Shown one piece after another: positions 35,353 through 49,260 of a stretch of DNA of 64,000 bases. The notes below the pieces were generated by a model. It had not been told where the DNA came from, searched no databases, and was given only the letters and a program-made list of their open reading frames with translations. A program made the translations under genes and the position numbers. Location of the stretch: positions 310,001-374,000 of the forward strand of contig RBZT01000125.1 of NCBI GenBank assembly GCA_003693705.1, written 5' to 3'. The DNA is from Polymyxa betae A26-41. Taxonomy: Eukaryota; Protista; Endomyxa: Phytomyxea. Numbering within the stretch: the first letter of the stretch is position 1; every line of letters begins with the position of its first letter.

Positions 35353-35675
35353 ACTTAAGATATAGCCCAAGTGACCAACACGCTCGACCACACTCAACAC
35401 AATTCGTATCACGTCTCTCACAGGGTGGCGGCGCAACCTGGCAAAAGATTTGCTGTGATGTGAAAGAAATCGTACCGAATCGTTATATTCTACTAGCATT
35501 GTGCCAATAATGTTTTGCAACAGAACCAGTCCATTTATCAATCATCGTTTCGATTGTATACGAAACTTGTTTCCAAGCCGAGCTTTCTTTCAGTTTTATA
35601 CAAAAATCGATGATCCGTCGCGGAGTCCGTAGGTAGTACGCGATGTGGAAACACACATTTCTTTCAGTACAGGCA

Positions 35676-37169
35676 ATGTCGAAACCTCTAAAATTCCATC
35701 TTGTTCATCGAGATGACAGAGATCCATTGGCGCTGGATGAGGAGAGTTCGGGGTTCGTTTTGCAACCAATCGACACGACCCAACGTCGTCGCGGCCGTCG
35801 ACAACTGAACGATGCATTCGAAGACGATTCAGCCAGCACGTATTCATTCGGTCCTGCTGAGGCAGCAGCATCACTGCTGGCTAATAGCAAAATCAAACTT
35901 CCCGAATCTGTATTAGGAAGTCAATTTGAAGAGAAGGCTGGGATATTAGCCCGAAATGAACTTATCACTGGTGCTATCCATAATGCCCCAGAAGATGTAA
36001 GACTGTTTGGTGTCTTTGATTATTTCAGGAATGATGAGTTATTGATACTGCTGAACTGGTTGGTGCCAGCTGTTTCTCAGTTCGGATGACCTTATTTGTT
36101 GATGGGCTTTTTCGCCCTTTCGAAAACTTCTGATACGTTGTGGAAAAATATTCTTTTTTCCAGGAAAAAGTGGTCACGACTCATGGCTGTTTTAGGTCCA
36201 GGCCGCGTTGCTGGGAAATGCCAGCGAGGACTTTGACGAGCTGGAAGATGATTTCATGGCGCAAGCAATGGCGTCTGGCTCGGATTGCAACACCGATTAT
36301 GATTCATCAATCGGAGATATCTCTGAGTACGATGGCGAAGAACTGATTCGCATCGACTCTGAAAGTGACCTTGAAAGCTGGACCGACGAACCTGTCGTAC
36401 GTCCGGGCTTATTAGGTAGATTCTCAGATTCTGAGAAGTGCGATTGGGCGTAAAATGACACCCGAAATTCTAGGCGATATAGATAATCAGTTTGAGAATA
36501 TGATGCTGCAATATGACAGTGATGAAATTGGGGAACTCAACGACGAGATTGGCGGCGTTGTAGAGAACGTCGAAGACGAATTGTTGGACGATTTCATCAC
36601 AACATCGGAGACGAAATACGTACCTGGCCCGAACGTCACTAAAGAAGCCGATGATATCATTCAGATTACAAAGTGTCAGATCAATCGTCAGTTGAGAGGT
36701 CAGTTTGATATTGCTGTTTTCTCGATTCAGCTGACAATCTGCAGAGGAGGCAAGTTACGATACTGATGAAGATAATCGGGCTCTGGAAGAGGAATGTAGG
36801 CCCAAAGAGGTCGAACAATGGGATTGCGAATCCATTCTTAGCACTCTCAGCAATGTGGAAAACCACCCTCGCGTGATCAAAGAGCCGAAGAGGTTTATGA
36901 AAACGAATGTCTTGTCGCTCCCGATTGCCGAAGATCAGAAGCTGCCAGATGATGTTCATCCGCAGGAGCGCTGCAACCTCGGAGAGCGACGTCCTTGCAA
37001 CGAGACTAATGAGGAACGCCGTGCCCGAAAGAAGGCTGTGCGAGAGGCCAGGCAACAGAGAAGATCCGACAAGAAACAACTGAAGTTGTCGTTCACTGCC
37101 AAGCACACAGCGAAATGTAAAAATGACCTTTATCAGAAAGTCCACAATTCTGCATCTATCAGGCTGTAA
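35676..37169 (+). CDS. LTV1: 40S ribosome biogenesis factor LTV1
   Basis: FHLVHRDDRDPL, DELEDDFMAQA, YDSDEIGEL, WDCESILSTLSNVENHPRVI and ETNEERRARKKAVREARQQRR. Confidence 0.93.
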
Positions 37170-37241
37170 ATGTATAATATTTATTCGGTATTAAATTGAC
37201 TTTTGTTCATTGTAATGACAGTGTAGATTATTGTCTGATGT

Positions 37242-38408
37242 TCAGCAGTGTTTCTTCTGATAGTCTTCCAGCGAGTTGATGAGACGGTCAATGCCAAATT
37301 TATAGTTATGATCTCGCTCGCCTGATTCTCTAATAGGGAAAGCATGTCCGAAATCTATCATGTTGATGGATACCTTTGGCATTTCATCTAAAACAATTGA
37401 GTCGACGACGCCACCTAGCAAGCGATCATCATGCCTTTAATAACTCCACCTTCAAATGCCAGAAGTAATGAAGATGAGAAAAGGAGGAATTCTTCTTGCT
37501 GCCTCACGAATTCGGCGATTTCTCTTAGTCGCCTCAAAAGTTCATCGATAATGTAGATCTTGACATTAGTTGGATGACCGCAATCTGAGACTAACATTTA
37601 GTATCCAAACAATGTCGGAAGAGTTCAAAGACCGCATTACTTAGCAGTGTGCTCCAAGCAACATGAACCGTTTCAGGTTCGATCCCTTTCCCAAACGGTT
37701 TCCCATAAACTGTGAAGGCTTGCGTTTGCTGCGAGTACGATTTGATTCCAACAAATCGGAAACCGATTTCGCTCTGCCATTTATAATTCTTGATCTCTTT
37801 CTGAATCTTCTCCGGCGTGGCCAGCAAATCGTAAGTGACCCGGCCTAACTCATGCTTAAATTGCATAAAGGTTTCAGCACGAGCGATGAAAACCTATTTT
37901 TATATCGGCAACGCACGGGAAGCTCAGACCAGCTGTACAATCTTCAAGGCAAACGCTAAAGTGATTGGATGGTGTCCGAAACAATCCATAGAATTTCGGT
38001 ATCAGCCTGACTAAAATCAATCGAGAATTGCTGCTAAACAATATTTACTGAACCTGGCAAACTTTTCAGAAATGCGATGATAAAAATACGCTTCGCGGAC
38101 GCCACGTTCATCATGTTGAAGCGGCTTCAAAATGTGCAGGCTGCCATCTGAATGTCTAAATCTCTGAACGTCCCTGGAGCTAGCATTCCCTAAAAAAATA
38201 TCACAACGACGATACGTCACAAACGATCGGCTGGATCACCATCGCCTGTTCGATGACCGCCGACTTGGTGGTCATACGACACCACAAGAGACGCATCCAG
38301 CTCGGCGAAACCGATTCCGAGCTCGACGAAGCGATCAGTGAGCGATTCGCCCTCGTCGATGGCCCCGAACAGCTCGGGTCGATGTTGGACGGATGAAAGC
38401 GACATCAT
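37242..38408 (-). CDS. inositol polyphosphate kinase (IPMK/IP6K family)
   Basis: HQVGGH, LKPLQ..RGVREAYFY, PCVADIK-G (PxxxDxKxG), GFRFVG, SSSLL and MIDFGH. Confidence 0.92.
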
Positions 38409-38941
38409 CTACAGGAGCGGATCGTCTGGTGTGATCATCTGTGTACTCTTTCAGTCAGACAATGACTACGAACAATAAACAGGATGTTAATATCCGCGTA
38501 AGACATGACCGAGTCACATCAAGTACTCATTATGATGGATATCCCTGAATGAGACCTTACCTAACGCCTTGCAAAACCGAACAGTTCTTGCTTGGGGCCT
38601 TGCTAGAGATGTACCGACTGATGTTCTCGGTTCAGCTACTACAGCTCGTTACTGAATGAACTATAATAGTCTAGGCGGGATTCATGATAAGTGTGTCGTG
38701 GATCCCTGTCTAGAAGCCGCTCTATGCCATTGACCTATGTTCGAGATCTTCGACAAAACAAATAAAAAGTGGAATGGAAAAAGTTAGGTTGAGCCCAGTG
38801 CTATGAGGGTGCCACGTTTCATAAAGTGACTGCCATGATAATGTCATGACCATTGCAAGTGCTCAGTCTGTATTGTTCTCTTCCATTGGAGATTCGTTAG
38901 CAGATCGCACTGTGCTCTTCCATCTCACAAAAGTTTCAACC

Positions 38942-40373
38942 ATGTTGACCGATGTCGTTGCTGTCAGGAAATTCGAGGCCTATGGCTTCAAGTGCTATGG
39001 TCTCTTTGCCAAAGTTGATCTGCCAGAGGGTGGGGAACTTTGATCATTCGCAGGCTGTTTACAGACAGCATAGGAGCACTGATTTGGAAGAGCGCGACGC
39101 CTCTCCAGACGTTTACTAAGGCAGAGATTCTAACCCATCCTCAGCGAGAGCAATTAATCAAGTATTCCTACATGATAGATAATGACAGTAAGCTGCCTAC
39201 AATTTATTTGTTCGACCTGCAATTAGCATTGCTAGAATATGGGTCAACTGTGAACCCCAGAACATCGTCTTTGTCATATTACTTTAACCATTCATGTAAG
39301 ACAATTGCAGCATAAAGATAGATTGACGTCGAAAAATCAGTTAGGCGATCCAAACACATGGTATGATACAGATGACAAGATTACCACAATGAGACCAGTA
39401 AAGAAAGGGGAACAGTTAACCTACGATTATGCTTTCACTGAGACAGAGGCAAGCTATTGGAATGAAGCCGCTTAAAAGCACCAATCGTCAACCGCAGGCT
39501 TCATTACACTATGGGATGATTTGTCGATGTGGCTCCTCTAATTGCCGAACGGTTTTGACGTTCGATCAATGGCGAAGTCGATCATTTGTTAAGCGCTACT
39601 ATGGGCATATCACCGAGTTCATTTGGCGGAAACATAGCGAAAATAGGTATGAAGTTTGCACTTTTTTGTTAGTTGTTTTGACGAAGCTTCTCTCAGCTGG
39701 TATGACCCACGACTTGAGCTTCGTTATAAGAACGACGGCGAACTGGGCATGTTTTGCCGGGACATTGAGGGAATGCAAATCTCAGAGAAGGAAATCGTTT
39801 TAGTGTTTTCAGGGAAGGTTGTTCATCGGTCACAGCTTTTAGAAGCAGATGCATTGTCAGTGCGCGACCTGCAGATGTCGCTGCAGGTGGAGAAGAATCT
39901 TTTGCAGATTCCTGCCTGGAAAAAAAGCAATGACACGAGTGAAACAACCGATTACGTCAATCATAGCTGCGACCCTTCATGCGGCATGCTCGATTCTGTT
40001 ACCGTTATCGCTCTACGTGATATCAACCTTGGAGAAGAAATTACAATTGATTGTAATTCCCAATAGTAAATTCGAATTTCCACTCTAAATGTGATACAGA
40101 TGCAATGGTGAGTGTTGAGCGTTTCCAATCCCAACAAGTTCTGAATGCAAGTGTTGGTTTGACTGCATTTAGGTGAACGATGGCTTGCTGAAAGGTCCGA
40201 GTGATAATTTTCAGTGCCGATGCGGCGCCAAAGTCTGCCGAGGTTCGATTACATCATCCGACTGGCAGAATCAATTATTGCAGCAGCGATATGGAGAACG
40301 ATTCTCCCCATTTTTACGACAAATGATGAAAGAACAGGCCCGCAATCGTCCTCTGGACAGTGTTGGTCTTTAA
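38942..40373 (+). CDS. tandem double SET + post-SET domain protein (putative lysine methyltransferase)
   Basis: SET1: GLFA..YFNHSCDPN..GEQLTYDY..CRCGSSNCR. SET2: GMF..YVNHSCDPSC..GEEITIDY..CRCGAKVCRG. The start could be 38846. Confidence 0.9.
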
Positions 40374-40531
40374 ATCCAAATTAAAAAAATCTGTACATAC
40401 AGTATAAATGGAAGACAATGGTGAAATCTCAGTAAAGTTAGCGTTTCTTGTGGTTACTCAAAACCCTGGTTGTGCACCTTGTGCGGTATAATCTACTGAA
40501 TTACTTTTTATCAAGAACAAATTGAAGAGCT

Positions 40532-42572
40532 TCAAGCAGCATATATATCCGGACATTCTTCGCGACTATAGGGCGACAGTAAGAAAAGGGTGTTTCACAA
40601 AAAGGGCAGCCATTCACCTAGGTATCATTGGAAGTACAACCTCTCGGAAAGAGGAAAACGATATCAGGTCGGAGTCTGGTTGCTGGGGAAATCTGAGGAC
40701 TTTTCCATTATAAACGAAGCGAACACCATATTCTTGATTGAGCTTATTCTGATAAAGCTCCAACGATATATAGGATGCACTGAGTTGGAAATTAAACGAC
40801 ACAAACGTAGCTCTCTTCAAAATACTAACTATGGTGCCCATCGCTTGTCCTCGACGGCAAAGGCGCTCAATAGCAGCATAATCGGTCCAGTATCATGGCC
40901 ACTATACAGGCTAAATTTCACGTGGGATTCGACATTATGTTGATCGGGGTTCTGAGTTTTGATATCAATTACTTGAGTGATGCGCTCAAATATTTCTCGA
41001 ATCAGCGGGCCTGCTGCTAAGCGCGTTCCTTCAATTCTGTTTGGATATTGCAGAGGATAATAAAATTTAAATCGAACCTGAACAGAGTAATACGTTACAA
41101 AGGTCAAGTAAAATTCCAAAATTATCTAACGTCTTCTTCAAGGTCGCGAATCAGGTCTGGAGTGAAAGCTTCTGGAAGAGGAGTTTCTCCGCATGCTGAG
41201 ACGAAAAAGCAATCGAATTGCAAATCTGTGATGTCGGCAGCAGGAACGCCAACCACCGGTGAAAGGCGTTGCCGAACGTCTTTAGTGAAGGTTTGAAGAT
41301 GTTTCTGGTAGCCTTCTGATTTTGTCACCTTATGGAACGGTCAGTTCCTAGAAGACGGTTGCAAAAGCCTGTCAACCTTGTTAAAGTGGTCACTCAACCC
41401 TGGGCATTCATGTGCATTGGAAATTTCCGTTTCGCGATCGAAATCCTGAATTAGATGAGAAGCAGGGCGGTCGTGCACATAAGAGCAACAAACCATTGTC
41501 CAGATATCGACGATTGCGGTTTTCCCATTGTCATCGTGGGCAACAGGGTACATACCTGTAATAAACGCCTCTGAAGGGATCAGGGAACGGTGAGATGAGA
41601 TGATTACAACTATTACGAGCACTCATTACAGTCCTCGGGACATCATCGGATCGGAAGAAAACCTGTCGCAATTGAGCGCGTGTGAGACATCGATCCTATG
41701 AATGAAGGGTACCTCATTCTGGTTTAAATCGGATGCCAGCAAATTGCCAACATAGGCTTTGTGAAAAATCGTCCCAAGTGCTCTTTCTTGTTCGTATCCT
41801 TTCTCCGTTAATTGACCAACCATACAATTGCCTTCAAAATCGTTCCTGTTGGTCATGAAGCGCTTGCGATACAGTCTTGGAGGCATCTACGACAGGCTTG
41901 AGCGATAAGCATCTGAATTCTTTAAGTTATTCCTTACTGAAACTGCGGCATCAGACATATTCGTTCCAGGAATTGACATTTCTGAAACTTGACATTCATA
42001 TGTAATTTTTTCTTGACCGACCCAGCAAAGACTATGACAAGGATTAGACTTCCATAAAACAGGCTTATAAGATTATTACTTTCCAGTGTCAAAAAAGCGG
42101 TCGCCATGACGGATAAAACCCTGAGCTAAAACCAGTTCGTAATCATTGTCAGTTAACGTCGGTATGAAAGGAAGCGATTCGGGACGGCTTGGATTCAATC
42201 CACCTGCAACCATGGAATCAGGGTTTGTATCTGATGATTTAAAGAGTTACAATAATGAAGTTTGCTTAGATCTGGCCTGAGCACTAGATGCGGTGGCGCC
42301 AAATCCTGATGACAAAATGAGATATTAAAGATACAATGATAATATAAACGAACATTGTGGTGACTGGATTGCGAAGTGTTACTGGGTTCGTTAGTATGGC
42401 CCGTAGCAAACCATACGATCAATGCGAAAAAGACGAGGGACGCCACCAGAAAAGGTCCTAAACAGTGGCTCGAACGGCGAATCCGCCATCGTTGTGAGTG
42501 CCCTCCCAGGATGGCGCTCTCCTCATCAAATGCTGCATTCATGAGTGGATCGGATTCAGTAAAGTCATTCAT
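40532..42572 (-). CDS. histidine acid phosphatase (branch 2), type II membrane, paralog A
   Basis: FIRHGDR, GQLTEKG and LYSGHDTG. One N-terminal TM helix and an ESDPLM dileucine-type signal. Confidence 0.92.
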
Positions 42573-43333
42573 AGAGGTGAAATGATTCGTTACTACGTAT
42601 ATTGTACACTCGTTAAATTTATGCGGTGTGACCCCAGCATATCATTCGCTACATCTTTGTCTACTGTTCCTGAGTGAGGATCCATTTTATGCTTAATGCT
42701 TTAGGAAGAGAACACCGACTATAAAAATACAACGTTCCCTAGAAATCAGCGACATCTTGAGGACTTCATACTACTCGTTGAGAGTGATTGTGAGACTTTC
42801 AAATGGCATCTGTTTACACATGTGCATGTGGTCAATTGTAATGGCAATTGATTGGAAAACTCAGTCGTATCGGTTAATTCCGACGAGACGCTCCTCTTGT
42901 TGTCGGATTCGGCGAGACCACAGAGTCTCCCGACACTGTTATTCGATCTAACTGCTCTGCAAGCCGTTCTGTTATTCGGATCCTACCTGCCTTTCATCTC
43001 GAATGAGCTGTCCTAAAGCACGCCATAATTAGCTGCCAGCCTGCTATTGTCAGCTCGACGCTGCGGCCAACCGCTTGCACCTCACAGCTAACTCCGCGGG
43101 ATCCAATAAAAGCGAAAGTTCGGCTGCAGCCGTGTCAGGCAACTCACGGCTCTATTTGTAATGTTACTCACCGGTAGCCAGAACACTCGCCAACGCATTC
43201 GTTGGGCTTGCAGACAGGATGATCGGTTCCGTTACTGTACATATGCTGGTTATAAAAGAAATGGAGGCCGCACCCCTTGATCCCGATCACATAGACGTGT
43301 AGATCATTCTGATTGAGCAGTTTCACCTATTGT

Positions 43334-45348
43334 ATGGCTTTGGAGTCCGTCTATGCGACTCTCCCTCTAACCGAATCCGATTACACGACCGGCCTGGAAC
43401 CGCCTGGCCTAGTCACTAGAAGCCTGAGATATGCTCTAATAGCATGTATTGCGGTCACTGTTGGACTAGTAGCCATAGCACCCGTCTATGACATCCGCCT
43501 TGCGGCGTCGTCCTCAGGATTGGTCAGCAGATACACTCTGCCTTTAGCCTCGTTTCCTAACCTGCTTTGCAGCAGAATGACAATGATCTGACACCACCCA
43601 TTCTGGTTGTTAAACCTGAAATGAAACGCCTCCACTATTGTCAGCGCGTTTGGTATCGACGTGCAGCAATTCTAATAGAAGCTTAGGTGGGCTGGGCCCA
43701 GATATGTCTCAAACCTTGCCTAGAATTCCAGCTTTAGCCGATCCCGAGTATGAGCTGGTCCAAGTTCAAGCTTTCATCAGACATGGCGCCCGTTTTATCA
43801 ACGCCCCAGCGTATTACGGCATCACATCACTAGATGCATTGCTGATTGAATGCAGGCAATGCTGGCCCGGTCAGGAGCATGTCGCCTACAATTGCTCTTT
43901 GGATGAGCTCACAATTTCTGGACATGATCTGAGCCAGCGTTCACTCTCTGTAAGCATTCTGATAGCATGCTCAGTCTTGTGCTAAGTTTTATCTTCATTA
44001 AGGTTCCCAGACTATATCGCAAGAGATATATGGAGAGCAGGTTGGTAAATCTCAAACGCGAACTTCCGTTGGAGTATTTTAAAGCCGAGCAGGAATTTCT
44101 TTAAAGGCGATTGCCGACTCGGGCAATTGACAGAAAGAGGGCATCGTCAAGAAGTTGCTCTCGGTAACCTATTCCGAGATGCTTACGTTGATCGGCTCAT
44201 AGATTCGGACCTGAACCCCAATCAGGTCCCTTACAATGGCATCATCTGATTGCCCGATCAAACTAACGCTATGCCTGCAGGTTTTCGTCCGGGCCCACGA
44301 TATGCCACGAACCATGATGAGCGCGCAGGCCTTTATTTCAGGAATGTTCCCTGAGCATACATCCAGCGATGCGCTTGCCTCTATAGTAGATATCTGGTAG
44401 ATCTTTGGAGACGTTGCCTCTATCAGCTGATAAGAAATATAGGACTATGGATTCTAACGACGAAGATGAAGTCATCAATCCACATGAATGCCCCGGTGTC
44501 GATCTGCAACGCGAGCAAGTACGGCCCGCGTTTAAGAAGAAAAAAATCGCTGATGTAAATGATGACAGGCGCGAACATCGCCAGAGTACGTCCAGCACGA
44601 GATGACAGTAACTGCCCGGCTGAATGAGCAGATATCGAGAGTGGTTGGAGTTCCGGTCGAGGAGCTCGGCACAAATAAGTTCGACTGTTTCTTTATCTCG
44701 CTTTGTCAAGGCGATCCTGTCCCGGATGGTATCGATGAAGATCTCATGCACGCCTTTGAGGCCGAGGTCGTTCTGCCTTCATCTTGTTTTTATCATTTAG
44801 ATCAAACTGTATTCAGGCCAGATACAATCTGTATTATATGATGCAGTATCCGAATCGTGTCAGCGGTAGCCGATTGACGATCGGGCCGCTGCTATACGAG
44901 ATCTTAGATGCGATGAAATCAATCGACTCCACGCCCAGATTCTCGTTGTACAGCGGGTGCGTTCTTATTCTGATGACGTTAAGATTCCACTCACATTTTA
45001 CTTTCAGTCATGATAGTGGGCCCATCATGCTTCTTCTCAGCGCCTTTGGCATAGAAGATGAACATTGGGCGCCGTTGTAAGTCAAATCAGATCAATCGAA
45101 ATTAGTTCTCAAATCATATTAGCGCTTCATATATATCTCTGGAAGTTTACCGTCGCCATGAACAGCATTTCGTCAGGTTTATCTACAATGGCAGCGTCCG
45201 TCATATGCAAATCGGCGATGCCAGTAACGGCCTGATTTCATTGGACGCCTTGGAAGAATATCTAATCCCTATGTTGCCGACCATTGAAGAATGCCCTCAA
45301 ATGCGCCGCTTCATGCCTTCAGTTTCGAATCGTTTTGATTATGCATGA
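43334..45348 (+). CDS. histidine acid phosphatase (branch 2), type II membrane, paralog B
   Basis: FIRHGAR, GQLTERG and LYSG|HDSG. N-terminal TM helix and a YATL signal. Confidence 0.92.
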
Positions 45349-45631
45349 TCACTGTGATAAAAAATATTGTAAATTTTTCTTAAAAAGGCTATCGAGTGCC
45401 ATGGGCTTTGAGTTTGACTGTTTAGGGTGTTGGAAAGCGTTCTGGCTGAACCCTTCCGAGACGAGATTCGCCGAGAGGCGTGACCCGTTTCTGTCGTAGA
45501 ATAGTTGGAACTGAGACGTCGGCTAGCTTGATGGTCCCCGTCAATGACCGGCAGCTCGGCTCAGCGATATTGGTTAAACTGGGCGACAACAGGGAGACGA
45601 GCACCGTTCACTACCCTATCCTGGGGGTTAG

Positions 45632-46387
<756 letters not shown>

Positions 46388-46546
46388 ATATGTGTTGTTG
46401 ACAGATTTTCTTTCAAACGATTGTCATATTGTGTTGCATTCTAGATTGTTCTATAAAATATTCGTAATATATACGGTTGTTGAGAAATGAAGTCACAGTG
46501 AATCTCGTACTACAATGTTAGAAAACATTAAAATTATTTTAAAACA

Positions 46547-48835
46547 TTATCTTGCAAGGAATGGATGAACGGAATACATTCTTTCGATTAGCAACCGTTT
46601 CTGTTCAATGGTGAAGTCAAGCGAAATTAACCGCTTGATGTCTTTTCGTAAGAGAAGAAATGACGAATGAGACATCAGTTTTTGCCCTCGTAAATGCATT
46701 GCACGCTTCCCAATTTGATGTATATGGGTCAGGATTTTGCCACTGTCCTCGACCGTCTCGAAGCCCTTGCTAATTTCAGAAGGGTAATTGCATATGAGGA
46801 TTCGGTGAATGGAATGAATGCTCCTTCGAATTGCTATCCAGATGCTTAGTTTCCCGTTGATATTCTTTTGAGCTGATCATTACCTCTGTATGACGGGGTA
46901 TCCGCTTTACTTAGCTTGCCAGCCTGATACATCATCAAAAGAACTATTGGTAATGTTGTTAGCAATGCTGGGATAATGGATGCAAGCTCGATCGTGATTT
47001 CATTCTGTTCCAGCATCTCATCCAGCTCGAGCAGAGATTCTTCGAGATCGACTTTGAGCTTTTGCAATTGCTGATTTTACTTAGTTGAAAAAGAATAGAC
47101 GTGATCACGTCGCTTACAATCAGAATGCACCGAAACAGGTCGCCAGCAGCCAAAGCGTATAATGGTTTAGATATATCATGCTTATAGGAATCTAAAACCA
47201 TGGTCATATCGCCAAGCGCAGCTTGTTCTTCAATTTGTCGAATGAAGTCCTCCCGCGATAGCCCCGGCGGAACTAATTTTGGATTCCTTGATAATTGTTC
47301 CATACCGAACTAAATCAACGTATCAGCAATGGCGAATAAATTCAAGCTGTTAGGTGAACCTCCCGTAGCATAATCTCCAGGGTCGTTCGCTCTGCTAGTA
47401 TTTCCGTTCGCTTCAATGTTGGAAGGCGGGGTCTGGTTAATCGCTGATGAATTGCATGCAGCGGAATCGAAACATGTTCGGTCTTTGCCAGTGTTAGATG
47501 AACATGAGAGAAAACATGATTTCTTGTACGCACCCAGAAATCTCCTGTTACTTTATATGCACCATTAAGTAGCACTTTGAGAGCGCCTCGATGGACATAC
47601 ATCTTGCGACCGCAGTAAAGAGCTGTAATACCAGAGATTGTATATGCGAGCCAATGACGACGAAAATGGCCAGGTCGCTTTAACTAGTTATATTGTTAGA
47701 TAACTGTCCTTGATAGAAACATGTTCCTACCTCATTTCTGGACTGCATCAATCGACTGTTCATCTCAGGAAGAAATGTCAAGATACGGTTCAAAGCGTGT
47801 AAAGCATCAGTTGTTGAGTAGATCGAGGATGGCTCAGTATCACAGCACATCCTCTCCAGATCAAGAATTGGCTCAAACCATTGGCTGACATCGGATGATT
47901 GTGTTCGACTCAATCGAAACGAATGATGATGCAGTAATCCCGCTTTTCTCAATAACTGCCTCTTTAGATCGTATAGGCGAGCAACTTTCTCCTGAATATC
48001 AATCCGACCGGACAAGTTCACTTCGCAGTAAGCAGTCAAAATCAAACTAAAAGATAAGTGTGCTTCCAACCGCTGAATATTAACGGTTTAATCCCGGTTC
48101 GAAACGATCTTAAAACGAGTCGTGAGTAATCGGGCCGATGTCGATACAGAACAGCCAAAGAGGAACGACCCTTAGAAGGTAGCCCTAGCAGGGGCCTGAA
48201 CCAATTCTCTGGGCCCTGCTCTAATAAATCACGTAAAGGCTTCCGAACACGTAGTCGCCCTTTCCAAAACTCCTACAAAGAAAGTGAAAACACAACAATC
48301 TTGCGAATTGCAAGGATGCCCACAATGTCAGGGTATAATCCTGTCAGGATTTCAAGGTAATATTCCATAACCTTAAGAAACCATTAGAGAGACGCATGAG
48401 GCACATATATTTTACATGACGTAATATCCAGCGAGTCGATTGCATTGCTATAATGCTTAGCGAATCCAATAGCAGATTTGCAGGCAGCGATTTCTATAAA
48501 TACGTAAGCAGCAATAGCAATGAATTTTTGTCGTCAACTTTTTCTGTGTTATATTGCTCCAAATCCAGCACTTCGCAGATCAAAGCGCAGAGGTCTTCAG
48601 GCGACATCGGATTTGATATGGGCGCTAGCAAGGATTCTGCTAGCTCTTCAATGCAGTCCAGAATCGCTGCCGCTTCCGAGCTGCTTGTAGCTTGCGCTGC
48701 CAGCTCTGTTAAAATCGTGTCCTGCCATTCGTTCGGATTGGATTGTTTTGTCGTATTGGCGCCGCTTCGGAAGGCAGGTGACTGAGCGCCGAAGAACGAG
48801 ATGTCATCGTTATCGACTTCTGTATCATCTGTCAT
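46547..48835 (-). CDS. NCA2: NCA2/DGS1-family mitochondrial outer membrane protein
   Basis: RP..FRRHWLAY, HVSIPL, YKHDISKPL..LAAGDLFRCILI|QLQKLKVDLEESLLELDEMLEQNEITIELASIIP and KRDIKRL. Confidence 0.85.
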
Positions 48836-48909
48836 CAGAACAACAATGTTATAAGTAGGCTAGCAGGTAGCAGTAAGCGGCTGCGGCCTTCTCCCAGAAT
48901 GTTGTTACA

Positions 48910-48938
48910 CATTGCCCCATTGCCCCATTGCCCCATTG
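48910..48938. repeat. short tandem repeat (CATTGCCC)x3+
   Basis: cattgccccattgccccattgccccattg, ~75 bp upstream of the NCA2 start. Confidence 0.85.
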
Positions 48939-49260
48939 CATTCAAAGTCGAAGCTGTTTGCCATAATGCATAAGCTCAGCACGATCTCGGCCAGGACAGT
49001 ATTCTGAAACTAGTTGGCTTGTACAAGATATGTGAGCAATTCGTATCCTTCCAGCGGCAGTAATAGTGTTATTTTAGGAATATTTCACATTGCGAAAAAT
49101 AACCTCGGTGTGTTCCGATCACTATCAGATCGTATGCCAAGGACAATGGGCGGGATATATTGAAAATTTCAAGATGTGCCGGGAGTGACGAGATGACGTC
49201 ACAGGGATACCAATAGGGTCGAAGAGGACTCCGTCGACATCACCGAGTTAACATCACCGC

